A DNA stretch of 64,000 nucleotides from NCBI GenBank assembly GCA_033763255.1, contig JANRKX010000024.1, positions 12,835 through 76,834 on the forward strand, written 5' to 3'. The DNA is from Acidobacteriota bacterium. GTDB lineage: Bacteria; Acidobacteriota; Blastocatellia; RBC074. Both the position numbers and the translations under genes were made by a program. The notes beneath the pieces are model-generated. The model ran no database searches. It saw nothing but the letters and a program-made list of their open reading frames with translations, and had not been told where the DNA came from. The stretch's first letter is position 1, and every line of letters begins with the position of its first letter. Positions 27,901 through 36,351 of the stretch are shown one piece after another.

Positions 27901-30846
27901 GCATTCACGGGAACTTCGACGACTTTCAATCAAGTCGTGCTGAAACTGGATGCGCTGGCCGGGCAATCGCGCGTGCGAATTCGATTCCGAACGGCGTCGG
28001 TTTCCATCGCCGATGGGTGGACGATTGATGACATTCGCGTCATTGCGCGTTCGTCCGATCCGGCTGTGATTCCTTCACCGAGCACGCTGGCTCCGGCGAT
28101 CAGCGGGCTGACACCGGCATTCGGACTTCCGACGGGAAACACTGCGGTGACGATCAGCGGAGTGAATTTCACCGAAACCGGCGATGTCAAAGTTTTCTTC
28201 AACGGAGTTGCCGGAGTGAACGTTCGCGCGCTCGGCAGCACTTCAATCGCCGTCAACACTCCGCCGCAAGCCGCCGGCAAGGCCGCTGTGCGCGTCGAAA
28301 CTCGTTACGGCGCGGTGACTCTGTCGAACGCTTTCACCTATTACACCAACGGCACTACCACCGGAGCGCCCGACGTGATGGGAGTTTCGCCAGCTTCCGG
28401 TTCGATGCGCGGCGGAACCGTCGTCACGATCAACGGCTCAAACTTCTCGCCGGAAACGACGGTTCTGTTCGGAGCGCAAACCGCGACGCGAACTTTCATC
28501 AACGCGAACACTCTGCGTGTTACGGCTCCGGCGGCAACGGCAACCGGCGCGGTTGATGTGACTGTGCGAAATTCGGCGACAGCGGAAAAGAAAGTCACAG
28601 GCGGATTCACTTACACAGCCTTGACGCCGCCGACTGTCGCAGTGATTGCGCCGACCGGCGGCGAAAAAATCTTCACCGGCTCGGTAGTTCCTCTGCGCTG
28701 GCAATCGTCTGACAATCGCCGAATCGTTCGGCATCGCGTCGCACTGTATCGCAGCACGACGACTACGCCGCAATTGATAACGAACATTGCCGATCTGGGC
28801 GGGGAATCTTTGTCGTTCAACTGGATGGTTCCGAACAACGCCGCGACGACTGTCGGGCGTTTGCGAGTCGTGGCTGTGGACGACGAAGGCGCGGAAACCG
28901 AAGCATTTTCGACCAGCGATTTCGTCATCGAATCGCGCTGGCAATCGCAAACTATTTTGCCGGGCGGGTTGAATCGTCTGGCCGCTGCCAGCGACAGCAA
29001 ATACATTTATCAAATTGGCGGGCGAACCTCGACCAGCAACGCCGCTTCGATCACTACCGTTCAACGCTTCGACCCATCGGCAGCAACTCCAACATGGGAA
29101 ACGCTGGCCTCACTGCCGTCACCGGTCAATTCCGGCAAAGCCGTCACAGTCGGCGGCAAAATCTACATGCCCGGCGGCATCACTCAAGTCGCCGAAGCGG
29201 ATCGCAGCCATTACGTGTACGACATTGCCGGAAACAGTTGGTCGAAAATGGCCGAACCTCCCATCGGGGTTCACGCTTATTCGGTAGCCGCTGACACGGC
29301 AAACAACCGGTATTTCATGACCGGCGGCAGCGACGTAGTGATTTCCGGTTTGAACAACGCACAGACATACAACATTCAAACCAACACCTGGACTCCGTTG
29401 CCCGCGATGAATGCCGCGCGGTTTGCTCACGAATCGGCTTTTGTTGGCGGCAAGTTGTACGTTGTTGGCGGACGCGGCCCTTCTGGAATGTTGGTCAGCG
29501 GCGAAGTTTTCGATTTCGTCACGCAACAATGGTCGCCGATTGCCAACGTTCCGCGCCAGCGTTGGTACGGCAATAGCGCGCTGGCGCAGGACTCATCCGG
29601 GAAAGTTTACTGGCTGATTATCGGCGGCGAAAACGGCAACAGCGTTCCGATCGATGCTGTGGACGTTTACGATTTTGCAGCCAATCAATGGCTGTCTCTG
29701 GATGGTTCGTACAACCTGCCGACGAGCCGCGCTCGACAGGGCAGCGCGGTGCTCGGCGGATTTGTTTACACGGTCGGGGGCAACACCGGCACAGGTACGA
29801 CGACTATCACCACCAACGAACGGTTTTCGGTAAATGGCCTGACGATCATTTCGCCGAATCAACCGCCATTGATGGTTGTGCCTGCCACACAGCAAATCGC
29901 TTTGCCCGGACGCGAACTCAGTTTCGTGGTTTCGGCTCAGGATTTGGGATCGAGCGTGCCTGTGACAATCACGCCTTCGGGATTGCCGAACGGCGCGACG
30001 TTCAACGCCACGAACGACACCAACAACAGCGCGCGCGGCACGTTCCGTTGGACTCCGACCGCTGGCGATGTTGGCCGCAACATCAGCGTCAGTTTCACGG
30101 CTGCGGACGGTTCGCTCACCGACGTTAAGGTCGTGCAGATCACCGTGGTGCAAACGGCTCCGCTAGCAGCAGTCAACGCGGCGGATTTCCGCAACGCTCC
30201 GCTGGCGGCTGATTCGATTGCGGCGGCCTTCGGATCGAACCTCGCACCGCGCATCGAAATCGCGCAATCCTTCCCGCTGCCAACGTCGCTGGCCGAAACC
30301 ATGCTGACCGTGAATGGCATTCCCGCTTCGTTGTTTTTCGTTTCGCCGACGCAGATCAATTTCGTAGTTCCTGCCGGAGTCGAAACAGGTTCGGCGACGA
30401 TCATCGTCAGCAATGGGCTGGGCAATTATTCGCTCGGCAACATTCAAATCGCCGCAGCGGCTCCGGCGATTTTCACGGCGAACGCTTCGGGAACTGGCGA
30501 CGCTGCGGCTCAAACGACGATTGACGGCGTCAATTTCCTGCAACCGCCGTTCGATGTGTTGGTCAATGGACGCTCGAACATTCTGGTGATGTATGGCACT
30601 GGTTTCCGGCGCGCTCCGGCGACAAATCCGACTGACGGCAACGGCGTCGCCGAATCAGTCACGGCCACGATTGATGGCCGAGCCGCCAACGTGTTGTACG
30701 CAGGCGCTCAAGGCAGTTTTGCCGGGCTGGATCAACTCAACGTTGAAATGCCCGCAAGCCTGGCTGGAACCGGCCCGCGTCGCGTCGAAATCGTCATCAC
30801 CGTCAACGGCGTTACCGCCAATCGCGTGACCATTCAGATCAAATAA
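24958..30846 (+). CDS. giant secreted multidomain M36 (fungalysin-type) zinc metalloprotease
   Basis: It has a signal anchor, an FTP-like propeptide, and the catalytic motifs IIHELTHGLS plus GEGWSDYF. Downstream are a jelly-roll/MAM-like domain, two IPT/TIG repeats (ISGLTPAFG..., VMGVSPASG...), Kelch-like repeats, an Ig-like domain and a C-terminal TIGR03437-like domain (AAVNAADFRNAPLAADSIAAAFG...YAGAQGSFAGLDQLNVEMP). Confidence 0.9.
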   Translation: MKRKTLYFATFVVIVGIFSLIFTVTAQRQPESVSQAQTQRRVPQRQEDFDIRAGLNRSLPVLPAEAKAAANEGRQLIPARNSRLRRERPSVEMQFSNLTNAPSRVYSFTQNLTQSTADVEAGARFFLKQNNDLYQLRDDEVDGLRVARRYKTDHNGVTHLTLQQEVNGIEVFQGDYSFHFDRFGSLITAGGELIPAAVRSANPARPRLTPNAAFRRAAEFADVELTGEATTKTPAAGRALKQKLSLTEKFGRDIEARLVYFPALGDQLRLAWEFELWLNETPDVYQMVVDADSGTLLYRRNLTAYCFDGNGTEPGAVAIGSALDGGGTEPGAVAIGSALDGGGTEPGAVATGSDFVTNHIHQNAARSLPLPVPYQTQPNPRGLVFTKESPRPNLPVVSSNPPTVQREELPFRPAPYNGSTIYPANDPRNDWWNGQTPTTFTGNNTDTYLDRDSNNSPDDVPRLTVPDSNFSFPLDLTMAPTTPDNQKAALANVFYWVNRYHDILYLFGFNEAAGNFQTSNFNATSGLGNDPVRAEVQDGSGTNNANFSTPADGSPGRMQMFLWTGNPQRDGDFDQGVIIHELTHGLSLRLVRPLSGFQQMGEGWSDYFGIVLLASESDNLDGSYAVGQFATGNYSRGIRRFPYSTNPSVYPLNYADITTSIAPHGVGEIWCNTLLEARAQLIRKLGFTEGQRQSIQLVVDGMKLSSPSPSFLDSRNSILQADRVNNGGVNQCALWTAFAKRGMGFSASTLDARDTVPSQAFDMPPFCSDLGIVQFDQKSYLLGETVRLALGDRNSTGTQTVKIRSSVTGDEEILTMTADARYLGAYNSNLRVVAGAAIPGDGQLQASLSARDKIIVTYEDANNGSGTSAQITAQSEIVGEKTLFDDSVETGNLGWSVSGVPASTWAIAETASASGSRSWTDSPNGSYAAGTNASLVSPLMDLSQAVGVMLTFAHRYAFTNGSDYGNVEFSLNDGATWNRATAFTGTSTTFNQVVLKLDALAGQSRVRIRFRTASVSIADGWTIDDIRVIARSSDPAVIPSPSTLAPAISGLTPAFGLPTGNTAVTISGVNFTETGDVKVFFNGVAGVNVRALGSTSIAVNTPPQAAGKAAVRVETRYGAVTLSNAFTYYTNGTTTGAPDVMGVSPASGSMRGGTVVTINGSNFSPETTVLFGAQTATRTFINANTLRVTAPAATATGAVDVTVRNSATAEKKVTGGFTYTALTPPTVAVIAPTGGEKIFTGSVVPLRWQSSDNRRIVRHRVALYRSTTTTPQLITNIADLGGESLSFNWMVPNNAATTVGRLRVVAVDDEGAETEAFSTSDFVIESRWQSQTILPGGLNRLAAASDSKYIYQIGGRTSTSNAASITTVQRFDPSAATPTWETLASLPSPVNSGKAVTVGGKIYMPGGITQVAEADRSHYVYDIAGNSWSKMAEPPIGVHAYSVAADTANNRYFMTGGSDVVISGLNNAQTYNIQTNTWTPLPAMNAARFAHESAFVGGKLYVVGGRGPSGMLVSGEVFDFVTQQWSPIANVPRQRWYGNSALAQDSSGKVYWLIIGGENGNSVPIDAVDVYDFAANQWLSLDGSYNLPTSRARQGSAVLGGFVYTVGGNTGTGTTTITTNERFSVNGLTIISPNQPPLMVVPATQQIALPGRELSFVVSAQDLGSSVPVTITPSGLPNGATFNATNDTNNSARGTFRWTPTAGDVGRNISVSFTAADGSLTDVKVVQITVVQTAPLAAVNAADFRNAPLAADSIAAAFGSNLAPRIEIAQSFPLPTSLAETMLTVNGIPASLFFVSPTQINFVVPAGVETGSATIIVSNGLGNYSLGNIQIAAAAPAIFTANASGTGDAAAQTTIDGVNFLQPPFDVLVNGRSNILVMYGTGFRRAPATNPTDGNGVAESVTATIDGRAANVLYAGAQGSFAGLDQLNVEMPASLAGTGPRRVEIVITVNGVTANRVTIQIK
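25879..26080. repeat. 3 x 48-nt tandem repeat plus an inverted 30-nt copy (palindromic element) embedded in frame in the M36 CDS
   Basis: The tandem copies are at 25879-25926, 25927-25974 and 25975 to about 26018. The segment ggtacagaaccgggagcggtagcgaccggg (25984-26013) is repeated as its reverse complement at 26051-26080 (29 of 30 match) around a 37-nt AT-rich loop. Confidence 0.92.
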
Positions 30847-31775
30847 TGACCATTCCAGAACAGAGAGACGGCGGGACGGAGGGAAAGAGGGACGGAGAGT
30901 ACGCCGAACAAGCGGCGTCTCCCAATCCCTCTGTCTCTCCATCACTCGATCCCTCTGTCTCTCCATCCTTCCTTCGCCAACTTTGGGACAAAACCTTTGA
31001 CGACGACGTGTTTGGCCGAGCCGCTCAACTGGCTTATTACTGGCTATTTTCGTTGTTTCCGCTGTTGATTTTTTTGACGGCTTTGCTGGCGTATCTGCCC
31101 GAACCGATTCCACGCAAACTGGATTACTGGCTGTCAGCGTTGAACAACGTGCTGCCAGCCGATGCCTATCGGTTGATTGACACGACCTTTCATCAAGTCA
31201 CCGCCAAACCGCGCGGAGGCTTGCTCAGCTTCAGCATTTTGATCGCCATTTGGGCGTCGTCCGCCGGAATGGAAGGAATCATCGGTTCGATCAATCGCGC
31301 ATATCGCACTACGACTTTGCGTTCGTGGTGGCGGGAAAAATTGCTGGCCATTGTCTTGACGCTGGGTTTGGCCGGATTTGTGCTGGTGGCTTTATCGCTG
31401 ATCTTTTTTGGCGAAAGCATAGGTCTGCAAATCGCACGCGCGTTGGGAATGGGCGCGGCATTCAAAACGGCGTTCGGCGTGGCCCAATGGCCGATTGTCA
31501 GTATTCTGATTTTGATCGCGGTGGATTTGATTTATTACTTTGCGCCGAACATCAAAAAACATCGCTGGCAATGGTTCACTTCCGGAGCCGTTTTTGCCGT
31601 CATCTGCTGGCTGCTGATTTCTTTCGGCTTTCGGTATTACGTGTCACGGTTCGGTAATTACAACGCGACTTACGGCGCGCTGGGCGGAGTGATGGTGCTG
31701 ATGCTGTGGTTTTACCTGACCGGAGTCGTCATCCTGCTTGGCGGAGAAATCAACGCTCTCAGCAAAAAAATCTGA
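30846..31775 (+). CDS. YihY/BrkB-family membrane protein
   Basis: AAQLAYYWLFSLFPLLIFL and multiple TM segments. The ATG overlaps the protease stop by 1 nt (TAATG). The first 40 or so codons run through a GA/CT-rich palindromic repeat, so the true start is uncertain. Confidence 0.85.
   Translation: MTIPEQRDGGTEGKRDGEYAEQAASPNPSVSPSLDPSVSPSFLRQLWDKTFDDDVFGRAAQLAYYWLFSLFPLLIFLTALLAYLPEPIPRKLDYWLSALNNVLPADAYRLIDTTFHQVTAKPRGGLLSFSILIAIWASSAGMEGIIGSINRAYRTTTLRSWWREKLLAIVLTLGLAGFVLVALSLIFFGESIGLQIARALGMGAAFKTAFGVAQWPIVSILILIAVDLIYYFAPNIKKHRWQWFTSGAVFAVICWLLISFGFRYYVSRFGNYNATYGALGGVMVLMLWFYLTGVVILLGGEINALSKKI
30861..30972. repeat. purine-arm / pyrimidine-arm palindromic repeat (GGAGAGA/CAGAGGGA units), copy 1
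   Basis: The purine arm is cagagagacggcgggacggagggaaagagggacggagag and the central hairpin is acgccg-aacaag-cggcgt. The pyrimidine arm contains two 19-nt copies of atccctctgtctctccatc (30925-30943 and 30949-30967). Confidence 0.85.
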
Positions 31776-31887
31776 GCCAATCTTTCCTGACTAATTCCTT
31801 TGCCATTACTGGAACAGTGATTGCTCTTCTCACTGTTGAAGCATTTGAACTGCGAGTTTTCACCCAAACAGAGAGGAGCAATTGGTT

Positions 31888-32217
31888 ATGAAAAAGTTAG
31901 CACTGGTTTTACAGATCGTAGCTGTGGCGTTTTTTGCTGGTTCGTTGTTGGTCGGCGGAGCGGCTTTTTTGGTGACGTTTCTGACCGCCAGCCAGATTGG
32001 CGGAGAAATGCCGTTGTTCTATTTTGAAAAACTCAATCTGCCGTTGCTGTCCATTGCCTTGCCGATGGCGGGGATAATCGTATTTTTGCTGGCGTTGCCG
32101 GGCATTCTGGGACTTCGCAAAGTCAGCGAAGAATCCAATGTCGTCGAGTTTTCTGCCAAACCTGCTGAAGTCACGCGGCGCGCTGAGAATTTCTCGAATC
32201 ATCTGAAAGCAGCGTAG
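31888..32217 (+). CDS. small hypothetical membrane protein (2 TM)
   Basis: GGAGG lies 9 nt before ATG 31888. There are two hydrophobic segments (LALVLQIVAVAFFAGSLLVGG and LLSIALPMAGIIVFLLALPGIL). Confidence 0.6.
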   Translation: MKKLALVLQIVAVAFFAGSLLVGGAAFLVTFLTASQIGGEMPLFYFEKLNLPLLSIALPMAGIIVFLLALPGILGLRKVSEESNVVEFSAKPAEVTRRAENFSNHLKAA

Positions 32218-32271
32218 CAATCAATTTGTGATCGTTGTTTTCAGGCGGAGATAAACTACGATCACTTAGTG

Positions 32272-32299
32272 GGGCGGTGGGAGATTTCTCTCACCGCCC
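32272..32299. terminator. GC-rich hairpin between convergent genes (possible terminator, no clear U-tract)
   Basis: Sequence gggcggtgggaga-tttc-tctcaccgccc, between the stop at 32217 (+) and the stop at 32313 (-). Confidence 0.4.
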
Positions 32300-32312
32300 T
32301 TCGCAAAATTCC

Positions 32313-33536
32313 TCAAACAAACTCCATCGCCGCAAAACTCACCACAGACTCCTGGTCAATGTTCCATTGTTCGTATCGCAGCAGTTCGCCGCGAGCTTCG
32401 GGGACGGCGCTCAGAAATGTGTACAACGGCGAAAATCCGCACCACTTCAACCGATCTTCTTCCGGTTTCACCAATTCAAAAAACTCTTCGCTGTTGCCGC
32501 TGCAAACCTGCTCCAGTCGCTGTAAATCCTCTTCTTTGACTGCGATCATTTCGTCTTCTTCGGCGCGAGCGATCAATTCATCGCCGTATCGCCTGCCGAC
32601 GTGAGCCAGATCAATTCCTAGCACCCAGAACAATTTTGACCGATGCAAATCGGCCATTTCGCCCAATGCATCGAAAAATCGCATCACCTTGTCATCGCTT
32701 TCCGGCGCTTCGCCGTAATACAACGCCCTGGCGAACGGCCCGCAAAGGATCGGCAAAATTTTGACATCCGTGCCGAGCATCTGCTGCAAAAACACGCATT
32801 GAAACTCAATCGAATGTTCGATGCTGTGGCAATAATCTTCGTGAACGATGGAACCTTCGGCGTTGTCGGCGAGGAAATTGACCAATTCCAAATCCGGTTG
32901 CAGAGTGCCGAGCGGCGTCACGAATGGTTTTCGCGTCAGCCCGAACTGTTCCGGCTGACCGTAATGCGAAGTCCCCAACACAACGACGGTTTTGTCCGCC
33001 GCGTGTTGTTTGGCTGCGCCAGCCAATCGCCCATAAGCCGCCGCGTAAGATTGCCAGCCGCCGAACGGACTCACATGCGGAGCCGCCAATCCGATGATTG
33101 GCTTGGCCGTGGGAGACAAACTTCCTGCCAAATAATCGTCAAGTTGCACGCGCAATTCCGCCATTTGATCGGGATAGCCTGACCCGGCGTGCGCCGGTTG
33201 CCGATGCGTTGCGGCGGCAAATTCCGCGTGGCGCTGGCGCTTCATTCGCTCGAACTCTTCGGTTTCCAGGTATCCGTTTTGCTGAAGCACTTCGCCCAGG
33301 GCTTCTATGACATCGCTCGGCACAAGCTGGCCGACCAGCCGCGTCAAATGCGCCTGACAGTCCAGCACAGTGCTTTCGCCGTCAAAGAAGCTCAAGCCTG
33401 CGGCCAGTATCGGGGGAATAATCAACACTTCCTGCGAATACCGAAACGGATCGCGCATCACCAGTCCCGGACGTTCGGGAACCGGCGACGGAAACATATC
33501 AAGGCCTCTTCTGAGAGCGAATAGTTGTTTGTCCAT
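32313..33536 (-). CDS. MEMO1-family protein (AmmeMemoRadiSam system protein B-like) with N-terminal extension
   Basis: AAPHVSPFGGWQSYAAAY, VVLGTSHYG, EHSIEFQCVFLQ and GIDLAHVG. The likely start is ATG 33536 (MDKQLF). Confidence 0.8.
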   Translation of the reverse strand: MDKQLFALRRGLDMFPSPVPERPGLVMRDPFRYSQEVLIIPPILAAGLSFFDGESTVLDCQAHLTRLVGQLVPSDVIEALGEVLQQNGYLETEEFERMKRQRHAEFAAATHRQPAHAGSGYPDQMAELRVQLDDYLAGSLSPTAKPIIGLAAPHVSPFGGWQSYAAAYGRLAGAAKQHAADKTVVVLGTSHYGQPEQFGLTRKPFVTPLGTLQPDLELVNFLADNAEGSIVHEDYCHSIEHSIEFQCVFLQQMLGTDVKILPILCGPFARALYYGEAPESDDKVMRFFDALGEMADLHRSKLFWVLGIDLAHVGRRYGDELIARAEEDEMIAVKEEDLQRLEQVCSGNSEEFFELVKPEEDRLKWCGFSPLYTFLSAVPEARGELLRYEQWNIDQESVVSFAAMEFV

Positions 33537-33753
33537 AAGTCGTCTCTTGGGTACGCTCGCGCCCCCGCGAGCCAACACTAGCAAAAGCCTTGCCCGCGCC
33601 CACGCGGGCGTACCAATTGCAAATTGTTGTAAGATCAACCGGAATCGGGCGCGGGCATGATGCTCGGCGGCTTTTCAAACATCAAACTGGTCAAACGGCA
33701 AACCGGAAAAGTCGTCATTGAAACCTTTCTGCACAGTTTTTCGTCTGTAGGCT

Positions 33754-34575
33754 TTGGGAAAAATGAAAACAAGCAACCAAACAATTTGGATTCGGCTGGC
33801 AATCGCGCTGATGGCGGCAGCCTTGCTTGTTTCAACTGCCTCAGCGCAAAAGCCCAAACGCAAAAAAGCTGAACCGGTTCCGCCGCCAGCGCCCACCGTC
33901 ACTGCCGAAGAACTGAAAGAACTGAGCGACGCCGCCAGCAAATCGCGCGAAAGTTTGATTGCCGCCTCGAACACTTACCGCGAAAGTTTGCAGCGATTGC
34001 TGACGCTGCAAAAACAGGACGAAGAACGCGCCGCCTCCATCGTAGAGAAAAACAAAAAGCTGTTGGATTTGGGCGTGCTGGCCAAAAAAGAAGTCGAAGA
34101 AAGCGAGCAAGTCCTGGCGGCTTCCAAAACCAAATCAGCCGAAACCGAAAAACAGCTTGAATCCATTGACCAATTGGTCGCCGAAGTCGAAGCCGCCGAA
34201 GAACTGGCCAAACTACCTCCGCCGCCGACCGGCGAATTTCGTTCGAGTGGCGTGCTGGTTCGGTTCGTCGGATTCAGTCGCTGGAACTTGAGCGATTTCG
34301 GAAAGGTAGATGCGTTTTACCGATTGAAGTTCGGCAAGCCGCTGCCGGTCAGCGCCTTTGGCCAGACGGAAACGCATAACCGGTTGGGTTTTGATCACAG
34401 CAACGCGCTGGATGTCGCCATTCATCCCGACAGCGCCGAAGGCCAGTCGCTGGTTGAATTTCTGCACGGACAAGGAATCTCATTCATCGCCATTCGCGCT
34501 GCCATTCACGGTTCAGCTACCGGCGCGCACATCCACATCGGAGCTTCTTCGCGGCGAATCACACCGAAGCAATGA
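33754..34575 (+). CDS. hypothetical secreted coiled-coil protein with His/Asp-rich C-terminal domain
   Basis: Signal peptide IRLAIALMAAALLVSTASAQ and a long coiled coil. The C-terminal FDHSNALDVAIHP...GAHIHIG is faintly reminiscent of LAS-type Zn-peptidase H-x-D / H-x-H motifs, which is weak evidence. Confidence 0.6.
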   Translation: MGKMKTSNQTIWIRLAIALMAAALLVSTASAQKPKRKKAEPVPPPAPTVTAEELKELSDAASKSRESLIAASNTYRESLQRLLTLQKQDEERAASIVEKNKKLLDLGVLAKKEVEESEQVLAASKTKSAETEKQLESIDQLVAEVEAAEELAKLPPPPTGEFRSSGVLVRFVGFSRWNLSDFGKVDAFYRLKFGKPLPVSAFGQTETHNRLGFDHSNALDVAIHPDSAEGQSLVEFLHGQGISFIAIRAAIHGSATGAHIHIGASSRRITPKQ

Positions 34576-34578
34576 CAT

Positions 34579-36351
34579 CTACTTTTTCAATGTCTCGCCT
34601 TCTCTGATTTTCAACACTTGATCGGCTTTGACATCTTTCAGCGTATCGGTTTGTCCGTTCGGCCAAAATACGTCAACGCGGTCGGCTTTCGTTTTGTCGC
34701 CAAGCCCGAAATGCAGTCGCAAATCATCGTGAGAATAATAGCTGGTCTGGCTGAGCACGGCTTGGGCTTGTTTGCGTTCGCCAATGGTGACGACAACTCG
34801 CGCGCCCAAGCCCGTTCGGTTGGATTTCACGCCGGTCAGTTTCACTTTCAACCAGTGATTGTCATTTGCCAGATCGTTTCTGAGCAGCGAAGGCGGTTCG
34901 TTCATGTTCATCACCAGCACGTCTGTGTCGCCATCGTTGTCGAAATCGCCGAAAGCGCAGCCTCGACTGGAATGCGGATCGGTCACGCCGGAGCCGCTTT
35001 TCGCCGTCACGTCTTCAAAGCGACCATTGCCCAAATTGCGAAACAACTGTCGCGGGCTGCGATGCGGATATTGCGGGAAGATTTTTTCGACTTCGGGATA
35101 AACATTGCCCGTTACCCAAAAAACATCCGGCCAACCGTCGTTGTCTACATCGGGCATTCCGGCGCCCCAACTTATGTATTTCGTCGCGCGGCCAAAACCT
35201 GCGGCCAGCGTCACGTCTTCAAACAAGCCTTTGCCGGAGTTTTGGTAAAGCACGGGCGTGTCGTCCATAAAGTGCGTTTTGAAAACATCCAACCGCCCGT
35301 CGCGGTTGTAATCGCCGACGCCGAGTCCCATGCCGGCTTGCGGCTGACCGTCTTCGTTGTAAGCCACGCCGCTTTCCAGCGCGACATCGGTAAAAGTTCC
35401 GTTCGCGTTGTTGCGATACAGAATGCTGGCCGTCGAATCGCAAGCGACGTAAAGATCAACCCAACCGTCTTCATCAAAATCCACAGCCGCAACCGACATC
35501 GGATACCGCTCGAAAACTTTGCTGATGCCCGAAGTTTCGGAAACATCGGTGAATGTTCCGTTGCCTTCGTTGCGATAAAGCCAGTTACGCGCAAACGGCA
35601 AACCTTTCGGCCCGCAATTGACCGGGACGCCTTTCCAGGCGCAATTCGCGCCTTTGCCGGGTTCGGCAGCGGTTTTCAAATCGAAGCTCAGGTAATTGGC
35701 GACGAACAAATCCAGGTCGCCATCGCGGTCGTAATCAATGAAGCTGCTGCCCGATCCCCAGCGAACGCCCTCAAAATCAAGCCTGGCTCGTTTGGTCACG
35801 TCGGTGAACGTGCCGTTTCCGTTGTTGCGATACAAAACGTTCGCGCCCCAATACGTGACGAATAAATCATCAAAACCGTCGCCGTCGTAATCGCCAATGC
35901 TCAAACCGGAAGCAAAGCCTGTTTTGGTGAATCCGGCTTTGGCCGTCACGTCGGTGAACGTGCCGTTGCGGTTGTTTTTATAAAGTCGCGTCGTCGGTTT
36001 TGAAGATGCCGCTTCCTGACGGTCGCGGTACTGTTCCAAAGTCGTGCCGTTCAGTGTCAGCACGTCCATCCAGCCGTCGTTGTCGTAATCGTAAAAAGCC
36101 ACGCCGCAGCCGTTGGTTTCGATGATGTAGCGTTTGGATTCGACGCCGCCGTAAATGATCGGCTGAGTTAAACCTGCTCGGACGGCGATGTCAGTGAATT
36201 GCGGATTGCGGGTTGCGGGTTGCGGATTCGCAGCGGCAAACAAGGTCAGGCCAACAGCAACTGCGGCAACAAAACCAATCTTTCTCCCACTCCTATTGTT
36301 ATTCGTGCCTCTTCGTGCCTCTTCGTGGATGGAATCATTGCCGAATTTCAT
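34579..36351 (-). CDS. CRTAC1-family FG-GAP/VCBS repeat protein with ASPIC/UnbV C-terminal domain
   Basis: Repeated FDYDNDGWMDV, YKNNRNGTFTDVT and DYDGDGFDDLF. The C-terminal segment is NRTGLGARVVVT...SQTSYYSHDDLRLHFGLG. ATG 36351 overlaps the upstream TPR stop (ATGA). Confidence 0.9.
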   Translation of the reverse strand: MKFGNDSIHEEARRGTNNNRSGRKIGFVAAVAVGLTLFAAANPQPATRNPQFTDIAVRAGLTQPIIYGGVESKRYIIETNGCGVAFYDYDNDGWMDVLTLNGTTLEQYRDRQEAASSKPTTRLYKNNRNGTFTDVTAKAGFTKTGFASGLSIGDYDGDGFDDLFVTYWGANVLYRNNGNGTFTDVTKRARLDFEGVRWGSGSSFIDYDRDGDLDLFVANYLSFDLKTAAEPGKGANCAWKGVPVNCGPKGLPFARNWLYRNEGNGTFTDVSETSGISKVFERYPMSVAAVDFDEDGWVDLYVACDSTASILYRNNANGTFTDVALESGVAYNEDGQPQAGMGLGVGDYNRDGRLDVFKTHFMDDTPVLYQNSGKGLFEDVTLAAGFGRATKYISWGAGMPDVDNDGWPDVFWVTGNVYPEVEKIFPQYPHRSPRQLFRNLGNGRFEDVTAKSGSGVTDPHSSRGCAFGDFDNDGDTDVLVMNMNEPPSLLRNDLANDNHWLKVKLTGVKSNRTGLGARVVVTIGERKQAQAVLSQTSYYSHDDLRLHFGLGDKTKADRVDVFWPNGQTDTLKDVKADQVLKIREGETLKK

